A stretch of DNA of 64,000 nt from Auanema rhodensis (taxonomy: Eukaryota > Animalia > Nematoda), in NCBI GenBank assembly GCA_964057225.1, contig OZ059898.1, positions 4,650,001-4,714,000 on the forward strand. The letters are read 5' to 3'. Below the pieces are notes generated by a model. The model was not told the DNA's origin and made no database searches. It saw only the letters and a program-made list of their open reading frames with translations. The position numbers were made by a program, and so were the translations under genes. Within the stretch, counting starts at the first letter, position 1, and each line of letters opens with the position of its first letter. Shown one piece after another: positions 41,659 to 56,495 of the stretch.

Positions 41659-44600
41659 ATGGCCTCCACCTCACTTCCCCCGGCTATCATCATTTCGTCG
41701 TGCCGAAGTGCTCATGAGATGACGTACCCGGATGATGAAGTTGAGCCTCACACCATGCGAATTAATCGTCCTATCTATGCTTCAAAAAGGTTAGTTCATT
41801 TTCTTCATTTTCGCTTTTTTGACTTCTTTTTCGTCCCCCCCCCCCCCGTCATTCTCTATCTCTCTACTCTATCTCATCTGTACAAAAACAACAGAATACA
41901 GCCAGTGTCTAACATCTGGATCTGTCTTAGCCATGAAAAGCGCGGTTCTGGGAACCTATCAATATCAGAAACAATGCAAATTCAGTTGCTACATTATTAG
42001 AATCTCAGTTAATGCTAAGAGAGAAGTTATAAAAATACTATGTTACACACCTAAATCTCTCGAAAGAGCTGGAACATACCTTTGCACATCAACATATTTC
42101 CAAATCTGCTCCAATGGCAAGATCAAGATCATTGGCGCAAATCTAATTTTTTTTCAGTCGTATATAGTTAATCGATTTTATTTTTACTTTCATTGATTTT
42201 TCTCGTGTTTATGTCTGAAATGATTTTCTTACAAATCCTAATCATGTTAGTTTTTGTGCTTTTCGACAAATATACCACACTTTCAAATATTTAGATCATT
42301 GTTATACTGTTATTTCGAGAAACCTAACTTTTTATCGTCGCGTTCAAATTTAATTGCTTTTATAATAACAGTTCTTTATCTATCATATTGTGCTTATCTC
42401 CAAGTTTTATCCTAATAAATCCATATGATTATGAGTAAACTTATCTGTCAATTAATCATTCCTTTTAGTTGTAAAGTGCTTGGAGGCGGTGCTAAATATT
42501 TCTTCAAATTTTAACGAACATATCAATATAATTTTTCCCGTCTGTTGCCGTAAACGACACCGCTCTCTCTCTCTCTCTCTCTCGATTTTTTGCCTCAACG
42601 ACACTTGAAATGCGGAGTGTTGTACTTTTTCCATCAATTATTGACTGTTAATTAGTTGAGCTGTATCATATTCTGTTATGGACAACATTTGTTACGAAAT
42701 CTGATTTTGAGTAAATGCTTTATCAACTCCTATGTTTGTAAACAACTTTAACTATAACACTTTCTTTTAAATTATTCAAATTTTACATCAGAACTACTCG
42801 CTATAATGTTGTTTAGTGGTCTGTTTTTCTTCGTACTTTGATACACATGATGTATTTGCGCTATCTTGATTATACAAGTCGTGAGTTCACATTTACTGCT
42901 TTCTAACCAATTCGAAATTCTTTGTTTCTTATGTATGTGTGTTTCTTTTTAGCTCTTTTCAGTTAAATCCGTCATTAAGACGGCAAACCCAAATATTTTA
43001 TTGACCGAGACAAAGAATTTAGCATTTTATGTTTATAGTATTTCATATACATCCTCTAATTTATTTCCTTGTTTGATCCGTTTAAAAACATTTAAGTTCA
43101 TATTTTTGATATTGTTCATAAGTATTGCTCTACTCTGTAGCATAATTTTAGTATATAAGAACTTTAATTCTTTCTTCAAGCAATCTTGATGAGTCCACGT
43201 GCTCTCGTGTCTGGGGGATGAGCTATGAACTTTATACACAGTTGACAATCAACTGCTATTTCTCTTCTCTGTTTTTCGGCTTTAACAAATTGAGCTATCC
43301 CACAAATTAGGTGAAAGATTGAGAGATTCGTTTTATTTTTATTGAGTTTTGGACTACATGGTTTAGTCATGTAATTTATAGCACATAGTTGACTATTGCG
43401 CCAAAGATAAATTTTTTTGTTTTTATTGTTAAGCGTTTTATCTTTAATCTTGAGATTTTTCCTCAATTTTTATTTAACCATCCTATAAAGAGAATTGGAT
43501 TGAATGAAATTCTTATTTTGCTCGTTATATTGTGGTAATCATCTTTCTACTCTTCTCTCTGGCTAATTAGATTCTAGAAAATAGCATAATTCCAAAGTAG
43601 CACAAAATTTCATTTCAGTTTTTCATTAAACTGTTGTTTTTGTATATTTCCAACGATGCCCTTGGTTTTCCTAGTGTCTGAGGCCTGACAATTGGAAGGC
43701 ATTCACTGCTTGCCCATCTTTTCGATTTTGGCGCCATGTCATGCACTTTCTACTATTTCTTTGTCTCTTTCCAACAAAACCGTTGAGGCCTAGCAGACTC
43801 TTGTAGGCCATTGACAATCTGTTATGTCATTCCTCTGTTCTTCTTCTTCATGCGATGGCACTGGCTTTTCTGGCTGTTCTTCCAGGTGATCGCGAAGAAG
43901 TTTGAAGGTTATAACAGGAATAAACATTTGAAGACTGGAAAAGGTACTAGAAATGCTTACTTTTGTTTGAGAGTTATAGAGCAATAAGTGCCCGACGTAT
44001 CAAATATGTAGATAGTTAACTAGCCTTTCATACTTATTCAAATAGTTTTTGATCTCATGATCATAAATCCTTAAGAATAAGATTGAATCATATTTTCCAT
44101 ATATAAGTGCTCTAATATAGTTTTAAGTAGTAGAAAATTAACATGTAACAATTATGTTCAGTACTAAATTAGTGCGTGAAAAATCACAACCCTTTCTGTA
44201 TTACTCACTTTCATCTGTGAAACCACGTCCTTGAAATAAAAAATTGCGTTGATCTTCATAGTAGGTTCGACGATATTTCACTTTCTTCCATGTTAAAGGT
44301 TCATTTTCTAAGTTTTAAATGTGCATGCTAAACAACTTATGAAGTAAGCTTCAATGATGTTCATCTTAGTTAGTTTAACTAATTAATGCTGTAAGATCAA
44401 GCATACATATTAATATTAATTTCGAACTATTCTAAAATATTGAAACTAATGTTCAATAGGTGGCAGACAATGGCTTCTCTCCGTCAACCTTCAACTCCAA
44501 TAAACGTATACGGACGATCAACTGAAGCGGATTCTCATTTCACTGTTTATTCACCTCACACAATAGGTTTTGTTATTAATGTATTTTTATTGAATATACT

Positions 44601-47600
44601 CTATTTCTTAGATACTCCTCGCACACCAGTAACAGGGAGCGGACCTCGGTCCCGGTTCTTAGAAGGGTTTCGCAGAAGGCGACTTCAAAGCGAAAATATT
44701 CCGCGAAGCTCATTGGACGAAGGTAATCAGGGCACTAATTACTTCATTTAAAATTTATTCCAGATTTGGGTTTCCCTCCCGTGTGCACCCCTCCTCCAGA
44801 TATCTGTTTAGATTTGTCTCAATCTGCTCCGGAGAAACCAGCATCATGCTTTCGAACTCGCTCTGTATCTGAAACCTCTCAATTTCATCAAGGACATCAG
44901 GGCTTAACAGTTGTTCACAAGTATCTCCTCAATAGTTGTCTATAATTCTAGTTTTGTAATTCAGACGACAATCTGGAGTTTTAGTTGTTTTTCCTCATTC
45001 TCCTTCCTTGAATGGTCATACTGTGCCTTCTGATTGCAACTCAAAAACGAACGTTCTGAGCAGTTCAGTGAGCAAAAGCTATGATGGTACGCATTTATTT
45101 TTTCTATTTCAAACTTTTTTTTGTTTATTACTTACTTGTATACGGCAGAGGTTGTAGTTACGTCTTCGACAGGGTGTATAGAGCAAAAATGATTGATCAT
45201 TCTAGCTTATTATTGAAAACGTGATTGTTTTGTTATCACTGGTTATTATGTCAAAATACTAAGTTACTATGAATATGCTTAACTATGATTTTAGTCAATC
45301 TTACTGACTGATAAGAATCAATTTTGGTTTCTCAACATATCATTGGTTTTGGTAGGGATATTTCTAATTTAAACTTAGATATCGCATGTATTTTGAATGT
45401 GGAATCCCTTTATCCAACAACATTAGTCGTTAACACATAGGACAATGTGCTTGGTTCATGTCACATATATAAACAACAGCTGATGCTCAGTTGAAGTCTC
45501 ATTGAAGCTTGATCAAGCAACTTCTCTGCTTTGTCACGACTACTAAATACTTTTTTTACTCAGTTAGATACAATGTTTTGTATTCACAAAAGATATTCTA
45601 TCTTTTTCTTAAACATGAAATTTCATATTAGTGCCTTGATTGATTGCATCAGGATCCACCAGAAGAATCTAAGTTGATTTTTTCCGACGTGACTAAGTAA
45701 TTTCCACTTTTCTTTAATCTAGTCATTTTTCCTGTGTTTCAAGAAGCTTTTCGTTAGTTTCTCCCGTTGCACTCAAAGCGAAGTAATTCAGTTGTAGTTC
45801 GTTCTGTTAGTGCTACTTGTGACCTTGCCTAATAGCTAAAGTTCGTTTTCAAGCTCTTTCATTGCAGGTTGAAGTAAGCTTCATTTCAATATTTTCTACT
45901 GCTGGCCACTTGCTTTAAGCTTTCTGTAATCAATGTCTCATTATCTTACTGATATAGAATATTAAATATATCTATGATGCTTTCGCGATTTCTTAGCCAT
46001 GGACATATTCTATAAGATGTACGAGGTCTCTTAGCTGACAATATGCTTTCATATTGTTTATATGCGAAGGATCTATAAGAAACATCAAGGATACATTTAC
46101 ATACGCACATTGAAAACATGGATTTGAACATTAATCACCAAGAATAGCAAATTTTCAAAGACTTTAGAGGTTGTCTAGTTTCATTTTCTTATATTCTGTT
46201 CATATTTGCCCTTTACATGCCTCTTCGATTCAACCTCGGAAAGCAGAGAACATTGCCGCAGGCCCAGAGAAATAATAATCAATGTAACTTCTGCCCAGCT
46301 TTCAAAAATGAAAATTCTCTTATTCCTGTTGCTCTTGAGTCTGAAAAAAGACTCGTCGCCATTTTTTCGCACTTTTGACTTCTTTGATCTTTAAAGTCTG
46401 ATCTTAATAGCTTCATTTGAACATTATCATTGTAATCAGATATTAGATACATTTTTATTTGAATGCTTGTTTTCGATGCTTTCCATTTTAACAGTTGATA
46501 AGCAGTGTCCATCCGATTGTGGACTCTTATTGTTTGATATGCAAGGAAAGACATGCTGTCCATATTATTTCTAGACGCCCACATCGAAAGTTGGAATCTG
46601 AGATAATAGTTTATAACTCTCGATTAAAATCATAACTACAACTTTTTTTTAATTTACGAACCATTCGTCAATATAATCAGTCGTTTTTTGAAAGAAATTC
46701 ATACGATCTTCATCTTGATGTTCTCTAAAATCCTGACTTCTCATTTATCATTTTTTATTCTCTCGTATTCCTATTTATATTTCTTTTAGCGTTATATATT
46801 TAACACTCACAAAGTGTGCTTAACATTCTGTCGCTTTGCGATGTGAATATAAAATGAGATTTGAATGTTCATGTCAAGATTACATTATTTTCTTCAATGA
46901 AAAACTATTCAATACATGATTCTTGTGCATTTATTCCAAATTTTAGATTTCATGTCTCACCTCAAATACTGATGTTTTTCGTATATTAAAATTATTTCGT
47001 ATCTTCAATAGTTCTTACATATTCCAACAGTGATAAACTTTAAATCTTAGTCACTGTGATATGACGGCATGTGAAGCTGAAACTCATGATGCTTCGCCTG
47101 CTCCTTTGCCATCACGTGGATTGCTGCAGAAGTTTCGCAAGCGCTTACTGAGCTTAGACAGTAAAATTTCAAGTATGGTCACTGCGATAAAATAGTTTTA
47201 GCATTAAGATATTTGTGTTTCACAATGGCTATTATTCAATATTTATTCAATACAACAGGGTATATCCTGCTCAAAAAGCGATCTGTGCTACTAGTGACAT
47301 CAAATAAGAATATTTTCAAGTTTAATAATTCCAGCTGCGTTTGGTTTAGTATGGCATATTCAATTATAACTTTGGCTACATAATTAACCAAATACGGTCA
47401 TGTTTCCTGAGATTAAATTTATAAAAAAATAAAAATTATGTTAATTCAAAAAAATAAATTATATTAATTGTTTGCAGGCTCAGTTCCCCTAATATCACCA
47501 CGAGATGGAAACAATTCCCGAGCATCTCCGCGTAGGCCTTTATTCGTGGATACTCAATTGGCGAATGGGCAAAAACGAAGTCCCGTTGGAAGTATGATGG

Positions 47601-50600
47601 ATTTTGTACGGGGACGGAATCGAACCACCTCGGTATCAATCTTTTTCATTGATATATTTATATATATGATTGTATATTTGCTATCATCGTTCATGATCAT
47701 TCTCATTATTGAACGGTTGAGATGCGTGCGCAAGTAGTGTGCTGTTTCCTAGTTTTCTTCTGATAGCCAACGTCATTTTTTCGATTATCGTTATCAGGGT
47801 AGATTAGTTCATTTGAAATTATATATCATGTAACAGGTGCCTATTTCTATACATTTATTACTTTCATTAGTTAGAGAAACGCGATGTTTCTTAATTCTAA
47901 TATGGGCGCATGTTCGTGTAAATTCCAAAAATGTTTTCTAGCTTTCCCATTTTTGTGCTTCTTTTATGTTGTTTGAGAATGTTTCATTGCTGTAACATTT
48001 TTGAACGTATTTCCTTCATTTATTGTTTGCTCTTTACGACATTTGGACTTCGGACAGATTCGTGAGGCACATATTTTTTAACTTGATGGTTTTCCCTGCC
48101 CATAATCTGATCATAAGAGTGAAATGAGTTGAAAGGTTTTACGCAATTCATCGTTTTTGAACTTAATATTCGTTTTGCGAACCACTCTTTTTTTGAACAC
48201 AGTAACAATCAAGTAAAAATTATAACACCATGCTTGTGTATACCATAATACTGAATATCTCTGAAAATGCATAATATTCCCGGTTATATACTCTTATTTA
48301 TCATATTCAGAGACATACAGGGTATTGCTATTCCTCATTGTTTTTTTATGATTTTTCAAACAACTTCACATGCCATCATAACTGAACCTATGATCTTTTA
48401 CCTTTTCAGTGTAGTCTAACAGGGAGTTCGTCAGGACCGAACACTCCCTCATCACCACAATCTGTTTTCGCTCGTTGTTCGGCTTCTGTTGACGGATCAT
48501 CTGCTGCTCCTATGTGTATGTTTCTAGTTTCTCTTAATTTGATTTAAATTCTAAAAAAAACGCTACTAATTATTGATATGTTGGCTTTTAGCTCCTGTAT
48601 TTTCTCCGAGCAGTAGACCTTTTCTAAAGCATTACCATCGTAGCGGTTACCATCGCAGCGTTGATTCCGATTCTGGTCTTGGTCTTGGATCCCCATCTAT
48701 CGGACATACAGCTTTACTAATTCGTGAGGTACGTATTTTACTGTTTGTCATTGAGATGAAATGCCATGCCTTTTTGGTAAGTTTGACTTTGCCCCGTCTT
48801 TCATCATTAGATTGGGGGGTTGAGAGTGTTTTAGAATTCTTTAATTTTTTTTTCTGTGTCATTCTTGTAGAAAACGCAGAAGCGTTCATATTTTGATGAT
48901 GTAGATGGCGGAAAATGTTGCTGTTGTTGTTGACCGCTATTGATCTCTCATTGATCTCACGTTGCGGGGTAATACAACATATCGAGCAAATCATATATTG
49001 AACTTTTTCTTTCAAAATGTTGTGAAATTTCTACGGCGTTTTCTTTACCTGAACTATTTGTACGATTAATCGTTGTTCTCGAACCATTTTTTCCTCCGCT
49101 CGTCTTATTTTAGATACCTCTTGACAAGAATTTTTATTGTTTCGTATTCATTGCTGCTTTTTCACATTACATGTGACTCATCAATCTGCTGGTCTTTTTC
49201 TAGGCAGTCGATATGAGATCACGTGGTTCCCATCTTGGATTTTCAAAGGTTCAAATCGATCTTTCCCGTGAGTATCTGAATGCTGTAAAGAAACAACCAT
49301 ATATATATATATATGAACTAAATCTGTTTTATAGTTCTGGTCTGTTCTAATTGTTTACTACAGACTTCCAAATTGATTATCTCCATATAATACTCGTTAG
49401 AAACACCATTCATAATTTGGCAAATAGATTTAGTAGAGCTATTTTGTCGATTTTAAATGCTGCGGGCATTTCTATTTGCCCACTATATCTTTTTCGCTGA
49501 ATTAATTTTGTTCATTGTTTAGAGGGATAGCGAGAGAAGTGACAAGCTTCTGGTTTTTTCGAGTTTAGCCTAGAGATCAATAAGTCCAACACAGCTTAAA
49601 CTGCTGTATAACGGCATTTGAACAAGTAGTCTTCGAGGTTTTAAACATTACCCATATTCAAATTTTTCACATTTATTCATTTTTTTCTTTGTTTTTTTTT
49701 ATCCTTTATTAGCTAGTTGAATCCATGGCAACAAGTCACTGTGACACCCCCCCCCCCCAATGCCATTTCCTAGCTCACGGGAGACTTAATCCTAAATATC
49801 CATATGACAATTGGCTCTTTCATTATTTTTTTCCTGTTCTTATCATTGTTTAAATCTAAATTTCAAATGTTGGTTGACCTTTCGAAAGTATTTGAAGCTA
49901 TACTATTTCAACTGAAAGGATGGGATAAAGTCCAAGCCTTAGAGAATTTATTTTGAATATGTAACCTTTAATAACTTTCAACCTTATCCATGATAAACGG
50001 TTAGCTTGTGATCAGTAGAAGATGTTTCTATAAAATCATGAATATGATTGAATAAAGAATTTAGCCAGCACTAACTAGCACAAAAAAAGACAGAGTTTAG
50101 TGTTGTGTCTGGGTAGCTGAATGAGGACAAGGGATACATACACATACACGCACCCAGAGTATCGATTCAAAGTCTCAATTGTGAGTCGTGCGGTGCGTAT
50201 GTCAGTATTCTTCTTTTTCGGTTTATTCAATGATATTCTTGCTCAAAAGATTTGTTGAAAATGTTTGGTCTGTGTGCATTAGCTTTATGATTTTTGAAAT
50301 TCTGTCTCATTCACATATTTCGTTTATTTTATTATTGATTCAAGAAATTTTAAATGATCCAATTTCTTAGTGCTAAGGCCACACTATTAATGAAAAATAT
50401 TTATCACTAATTTTTACGTTTTCAAAGTTTTAGCTTTATTGCAACTTTTTTCAGTCTAGCTGTGCAACTTAGCGTTTTCTGTTATTTGTATTATAAACCA
50501 ACTAAGATTAGCGAGAAGTGGCATTAGCTTTTCAATATTTATAACTTTTCCTTCTTTGTCTTTTTATTACTGAATGCTAATATATATTAAAACATATAAA

Positions 50601-53600
50601 AGCTTTTCAAAATTTAATACAGTTTTTGGTATTCAATTTTATTCTTAGTGATGAACTATCTTTTTTTTACCGTTTTTGGATATTTTCTTAGCTTAGTGCA
50701 CTAAGATATGCTCCGATTGAAGGTTCATATAATTTTATTATAACAGATATGGTCTATGAATGCTTTGTAAATTTTTTTAACAATATTTCCAGTGATACCT
50801 TTCTATTTTTTGAACAATATGTTCTATTTTTAAAGCATACCGCTTGTAGATTAAATATAATCTTCCCAAAAAACCTTCTTCTTTTTTTTTTCGTTTTGTG
50901 ATCATGTGATTTCAAAAGTTTTGAATATTTCTAAATGTTGTAACAGGTTAAAGGTTTTAGTCAACAGTAGCCGCACGGACATAAAACGCTTATTCGCCTA
51001 AGCTCCTCGTCTTGATTATGTATCATAGTTGTATTGACTAGTCTTTTCAATTGCTTATTATTCAACCAGGAAACATAGATTCCTTCCTCTAATTTTTACC
51101 TTTCATCTGTTATTGAAACGAAAATATGCTTCGAATTTCACAAGTTTACAATCATTTTTGACCTTTCAAGATAATTTTTTTCCAAGTAGCCTTGCATTTT
51201 CTAAGCTGTTTAGTCTCTCCTGTCTTCAATATTGCCCAGTCGATTGCTTTTTTACACGTCGAAAGAATGATAACCTGATAGCACACTTCTGATAAACGAG
51301 CATCATACTGTTTCGCTCATTTCCTAGTTTTTTCTTTCACTTCTTCATTGTTCTTAAGACTTGCAGTAATTGCCAACTGACATTTCCGTGCAAATAACTT
51401 AGTGTGTTACTTCGGATGAAACAGACGTCACTGGGAACAAGGATTGTAGGGTGCTCTGTTTCGAACAAACTTCATTGATGTTTTTCATGTTTTATTCTTT
51501 CAATTTCTATCTAGTTTATGATAAATCAAGATTTGGAATCTGTATAAAGTTCAGATATGATTCAAATTTAGAATTTATTTCTTCACTTTCATCTTCTATT
51601 ATTAAAATATTGATCTTTCATCATGAAGACGTATTGTGAGAGATCGATCGAGCTTTTCATATTTTCGAAGCTTCTCGAGTTCTTGGTCGATGCTCTCTTA
51701 ACATTTAGGACATTGCCGGTACGCTTTGCATAATCAATAGCTTAAAGCTTTTGAGATGGACCTGCTATTCATCCGTAATCGAAATTTCTTATCGTTTCGT
51801 TACTACTTTCACTACTTTTTTTAATATCGTACTTTTTTATTTGTTTTCACCCCTATGTTTCTAATGCACCATGGAGAGGTGTAAAATCTATGATGAAATC
51901 TTGATGATATGTGGGCGTTGTTCTTGTAATGTCATTGAAGTGCCTCAGCTTTTTATGTGCTCTCTGTAGTCTCAAAGAGTCGTAGATTGATTATCTTTAA
52001 AAACACATTGCTTTTCATTACTTGATCATTCAAGACGTTCAAGAAATGTTGAAAGCAAACAAAACTCTTAAAAGAGTTGTCGTTGCTGCGGTTCGCTCAC
52101 TTTATATGAATTTTATGTTTAATGATTCATGTCCGATTTCACCGCCCAGTAAATAGTACACTACACTCCGTAAGTCTCGTTCTTTTATAATAATTGAATT
52201 CTCTGAAAATATTCGTATTCCTGCGGGTTTTTTTCGCACTTTAGCGTATTGTTTTTCAGTTTTCGACATACTTTCAACATCCTAATGTCTTTTTATCTCT
52301 AGCTCAGTTCCCTGTTTTTTAAAAAATAATATTATAGCTCAATATAAACGTCATCATTTGATTCTTGGTTTATCGGGTATCGATGCTTCTATTGTTAGAG
52401 GCGCGAATAGTTTTGGAAGGATCAGCTTCATTTATGATTTAATGCGCATATTTAAAACCAGTTTTTTTCTTTACTTACTGAACACCTACAGCAATGTGCT
52501 GCTCACTTATGCCAACAATGTTTTAAAAATAATTGTATGCTTATTCGGTTACTATTCAAATTAGAAATAGAAGCGCCGCATCTGTGTACTTTGAACATAA
52601 ATTAATTTAAGTAGCCAACTATATGTCCTCAATAGGAAATTTTTATTTTTCATAGAATTAAATAGATAATTTACTTGATTCTTTCATATCTATATTCATG
52701 TTTAAAAGTTGATTTGTTCAATATCATTGAGTTTTGAACTCTTTCTAAACTTACTTAGTTGATATATCGCTGGGATTTTGTGATTTCCGATTGTTTTTCT
52801 CAGTCTCGAAAGGTTTTGGGGTTTGTTTTAATGCTTCAACAAGTTAGCTCTTCTATTTGTGCGTCGTTTCTTGTCAAATATTTGTACTGTTGCTCTATGA
52901 TAGGCATTCATGGTAGTATGACGAAGAAACGAGCTCCATCATAGGTTTCGCCTATCTCTCTTCGAATTTTATTGGTTTTCTCATTATTAGTTCTCGTTTT
53001 CAAATTTACGTTTGTTCGTATATTATATCCAAGATTATAATTATATTTCTTTGAATATTTTTTTCGTTTTCTCGTTACTATTCCGAAATCAATTATGATA
53101 TTTTTTTTCAGTTGCCTTTGTTACCTTTTGCGTTTCAATGTTTTCTTTCACTTTTGTGTGAGATAAGAAAATGTATGTAGTGTCAGCCCGTGTTAATTCA
53201 AACGGCTGTGTCATATAAGAGTATTTTGTACTTTAAAGTAATAGAACAATTAATAACATGGTTGCTCAATCCACCGGTGCTGCAGCTCCACCGGAAATGA
53301 TTGATTCTCCTCAATTTTCACGAGGAAAAAAGAAACAACGAGGTCCCACTGCTTCGTGGATGTCGGCTGCAAAATCTAAAGCTACTGGCACGCTGAGGCG
53401 GACCTTATTTGGCAAGCCATCTAAATCGACCCTACGTGCCCGTGATGCTGAAGATGTCATTGAGGAAGAAGATTACACATCCTCTAATTATGACACAGTT
53501 CGTTCCTTACCGGCTTCTGGTCATTACGGACGGAGTCGAGTTGGTCATCTTCATGTTGATAACGACGACCGCCTAGGCTTGCCTCCAGCTCCTCCTGTAA

Positions 53601-55267
53601 TTATTTTAAAACTTCCTAAGAGAAGGCAAAGTCAGCCTTCTCGTATTTCACCGAGCACTAGAGCTCAACAAGCTGCTGTCCCTGACCCTGTTTTCGATTT
53701 CCAGGCATGGTATTCATCTCTAGATGACAGTAAGTTCATTTCTTCATTCTTAAATTTCAGCGGGCCCTTTTCAACTCTTTTGATTCCATGACTATAGGAA
53801 ATATTTCATCTGATATCAACACGGTTTTCTTTGGTATGAATCATACTAGATTTCTATATACCTTAAAAGGAATCCAATTAGTACAAATCATATTAATTCA
53901 TTAATCTTCAATATCAATTATCAATTTTTATAACATTTATTTTAAGATTGCCAAGATGCAGTTTATTCTCTTTTCATGAGGGCACACAAGTGTTATGATC
54001 TTATACCAACTTCAACAAAGTTGGTGGTCTTTGATACTCATTTACCGGTATTTCTTTAAGTTTTATTTGTTTATAATAATCTTAATTTTAGGTACGCAAA
54101 GCGTTCTTTGCTCTGGTTTATAATGGCGTTAGAGCAGCACCTTTATGGGATAGTGGACGACAAAAATTTGTTGGGATGTTGACGATAACAGATTTCATTA
54201 AGATTCTTGTTAGGTATGTTGTGAACCTTTTTGAAAGCCTTATGTTCCCTGTTTCAGGCATTATGACGCTGGAGATACAGGAGAGAAAATGCGTGCTCTC
54301 GAAGAAGAAGAAATTAGCCACTGGCGTGAACAATTTGAACAGGATGGTTGTTTAAGACCTCTTGTTTCAATTGATCCCAATGATAGGTTTGTCAATTCAA
54401 TAGTGTTTTCTAGTTCTCTTTGATTTTCTTCAGCTTACATAAAGCAGTTCAAGTTTTATGTGAATCTAAGGTTCATCGTTTACCTGTTCTGGATCGGGCA
54501 ACTGGAAACATCAGCTATATTTTGACACATAAGAGACTGATGAAATTTCTTTCACTTTACGTAAGATTTCTGTTTATTTTCTATTTTTAATTAATCAATT
54601 TAGATGTATGATTTGCCTCGGCCTGCTTTTATGGATAGAACACCACGTGAGTTGGGAATTGGCTCTTGGGGCGATATTCTTACTATTCGATGTGACACGC
54701 CTCTTCATGATGCTCTTGAAATATTTTTGAAGAATAGAGTGTCTGCTCTTCCTTTGGTAGACGAAGCTGGACGAGTATGTTTTGATATTCAGTGCTTTTT
54801 ATAATTTTTATACAGGTGGTTGATATATATGCCAAGTTTGATGTAATAAGCTTAGCCGCAGAAAAATCTTATGACAAACTAGATTGTACGGTACAAGAGG
54901 CGCTAGCTCATCGATCAGAGGTAGAATTGCCGTTCTTCATTTCATTTCTCTAATAATTTCCTTTAGTGGTTCGAAGGTGTCCAGTGTTGTCGAGCAACTG
55001 ACTCCTTGTTTTCGGTTATGGAAGCGATAGTAAAGGCAGAAGTACATCGTCTGATTGTCACTGATGAGGACAAAAAAGTAAGAAATCCTTGCTAAACATG
55101 GTTTTTAGCAAATCAAATGATTCTTTTAGGTTGTAGGAATCATCTCGCTCTCTGATATTTTGAAGTATTTGGTGTTGGACCCTGTTCTTGTTGAATCACA
55201 GCCTACTTCAACCGCAAGAGAAGACAGTCCTGTTGTAGATGATATTCCAGAAGGAAATGAGGATTAG
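41659..55267 (+). CDS. aakg-1: AMP-activated protein kinase gamma subunit (4 CBS domains) with a long, alternatively initiated N-terminus
   Basis: Core exons 53947-55267 read [91 protein letters not shown] and GIISLSDIL. Upstream Ser/Pro/Arg-rich exons at about 41659, 44460, 44611, 44764, 44965, 47479, 48410 and 48592 splice in frame. The paralog assignment is from recall. Confidence 0.88.
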
Positions 55268-56495
55268 TGGATTTTTTGCAGTAAGTAACAATCTTTAGTG
55301 TATCATAATTATTTTGTATTTTTAGCTGATTGGCCTATGTGCAATGTACATATCATATATAAAGAAGACTTAAATTTATCAGGATTTCTAAGTGCTTTTG
55401 GAACAAGATTTCGTCATACGCAGTGGTTTTCTGTGTCTTTAGGACGGTTTTTCACAGTTTTTTACTTGTTGGGCCTCAACTTCGAAAAAAGATGCTGAGA
55501 GTCTTGCTATCACCTACATGTCCCACATGTACCTCAATCTGTATTATACTTTCTTCGTGCAATTTCACATCTGCAGTTGCCTGATTATCCTTTTAATTTC
55601 TTGGATAACTTCGCCGCACAACTTACTGTGTTCCCTTTTTTGGTCTGTACATATTTTGTGTAAGTTATTTCTTCATCTCATGGATAGTTCTGTAGTCATA
55701 TTCATTATCTGGTGAAGCTTGTACTAGTGCAGTTGATCGATATGCTACACTAGAGTTTTATAATTTCTACTCAGTTGTATTCAAGAGTGGATTGATCGTT
55801 CTCTCTATCGATATTGTTTAAAAGCTATCTTTACCCACTTTTTGAGTTTTCAAAGTTCTTGTTTAATTATCCCTTTTAATTATCTCAGGTAATATGTCTG
55901 AGACTGTTTTCATCCTCAACTTTTGTTTATATAACTTATAGATGTTCTTGTAATCAAATGATTGCCTGCTTTGCATATATGTTGCTATTACACGGATATT
56001 CACTAGACGGGATGTGTATTATGTCCTTGTGCAACTATCTCTGTACGGTAATGCCGGATGTTGCCGGAATAGGTGGTACAGAGTTTCTTCTGTAGCCCTC
56101 GGACCCTTTTCTTTATATATTGTCTTCTAATAACCGTTGCTTTTCCGATTGTTTATATTTTATGTTACTCTTTTTTTTTGTTGATACCCTTTGGTAGACT
56201 AAGTGAGATTGAATCATATTTCCACTTCACCTCAGAGTTGTATTCTTAGTATTTCGTAGGTGCTTTAGGTACGGGTCTACGTTCCAGCACTGATCGAATC
56301 TGATTTCAAAGTTAGAGTTTTTGCTAGAAGAAAAATTGTTTCCGATTTTTCAAAAAAAAATATATCTATATATAATAAATTGTATTTATCATTTGTTTCG
56401 AATATTTTATAATTCCAAATAATGGATGGTATCGTTAGCACGTTCATATACTTCAAGTTCACTATATTAGAACTTTTGATGAATATTATAGAGGA

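Noticed and set aside
34785-43466. Many F/L/I/S-rich ORFs in the ORF track
   Set aside because: Their composition is explained by AT-rich DNA and CT microsatellites, and they lack coherent exon structure.
45300-46750. Possible nested minus-strand gene in an AMPK-gamma intron
   Set aside because: There are several short ORFs and splice-like signals, but I could not join them into a stop-free reading frame.
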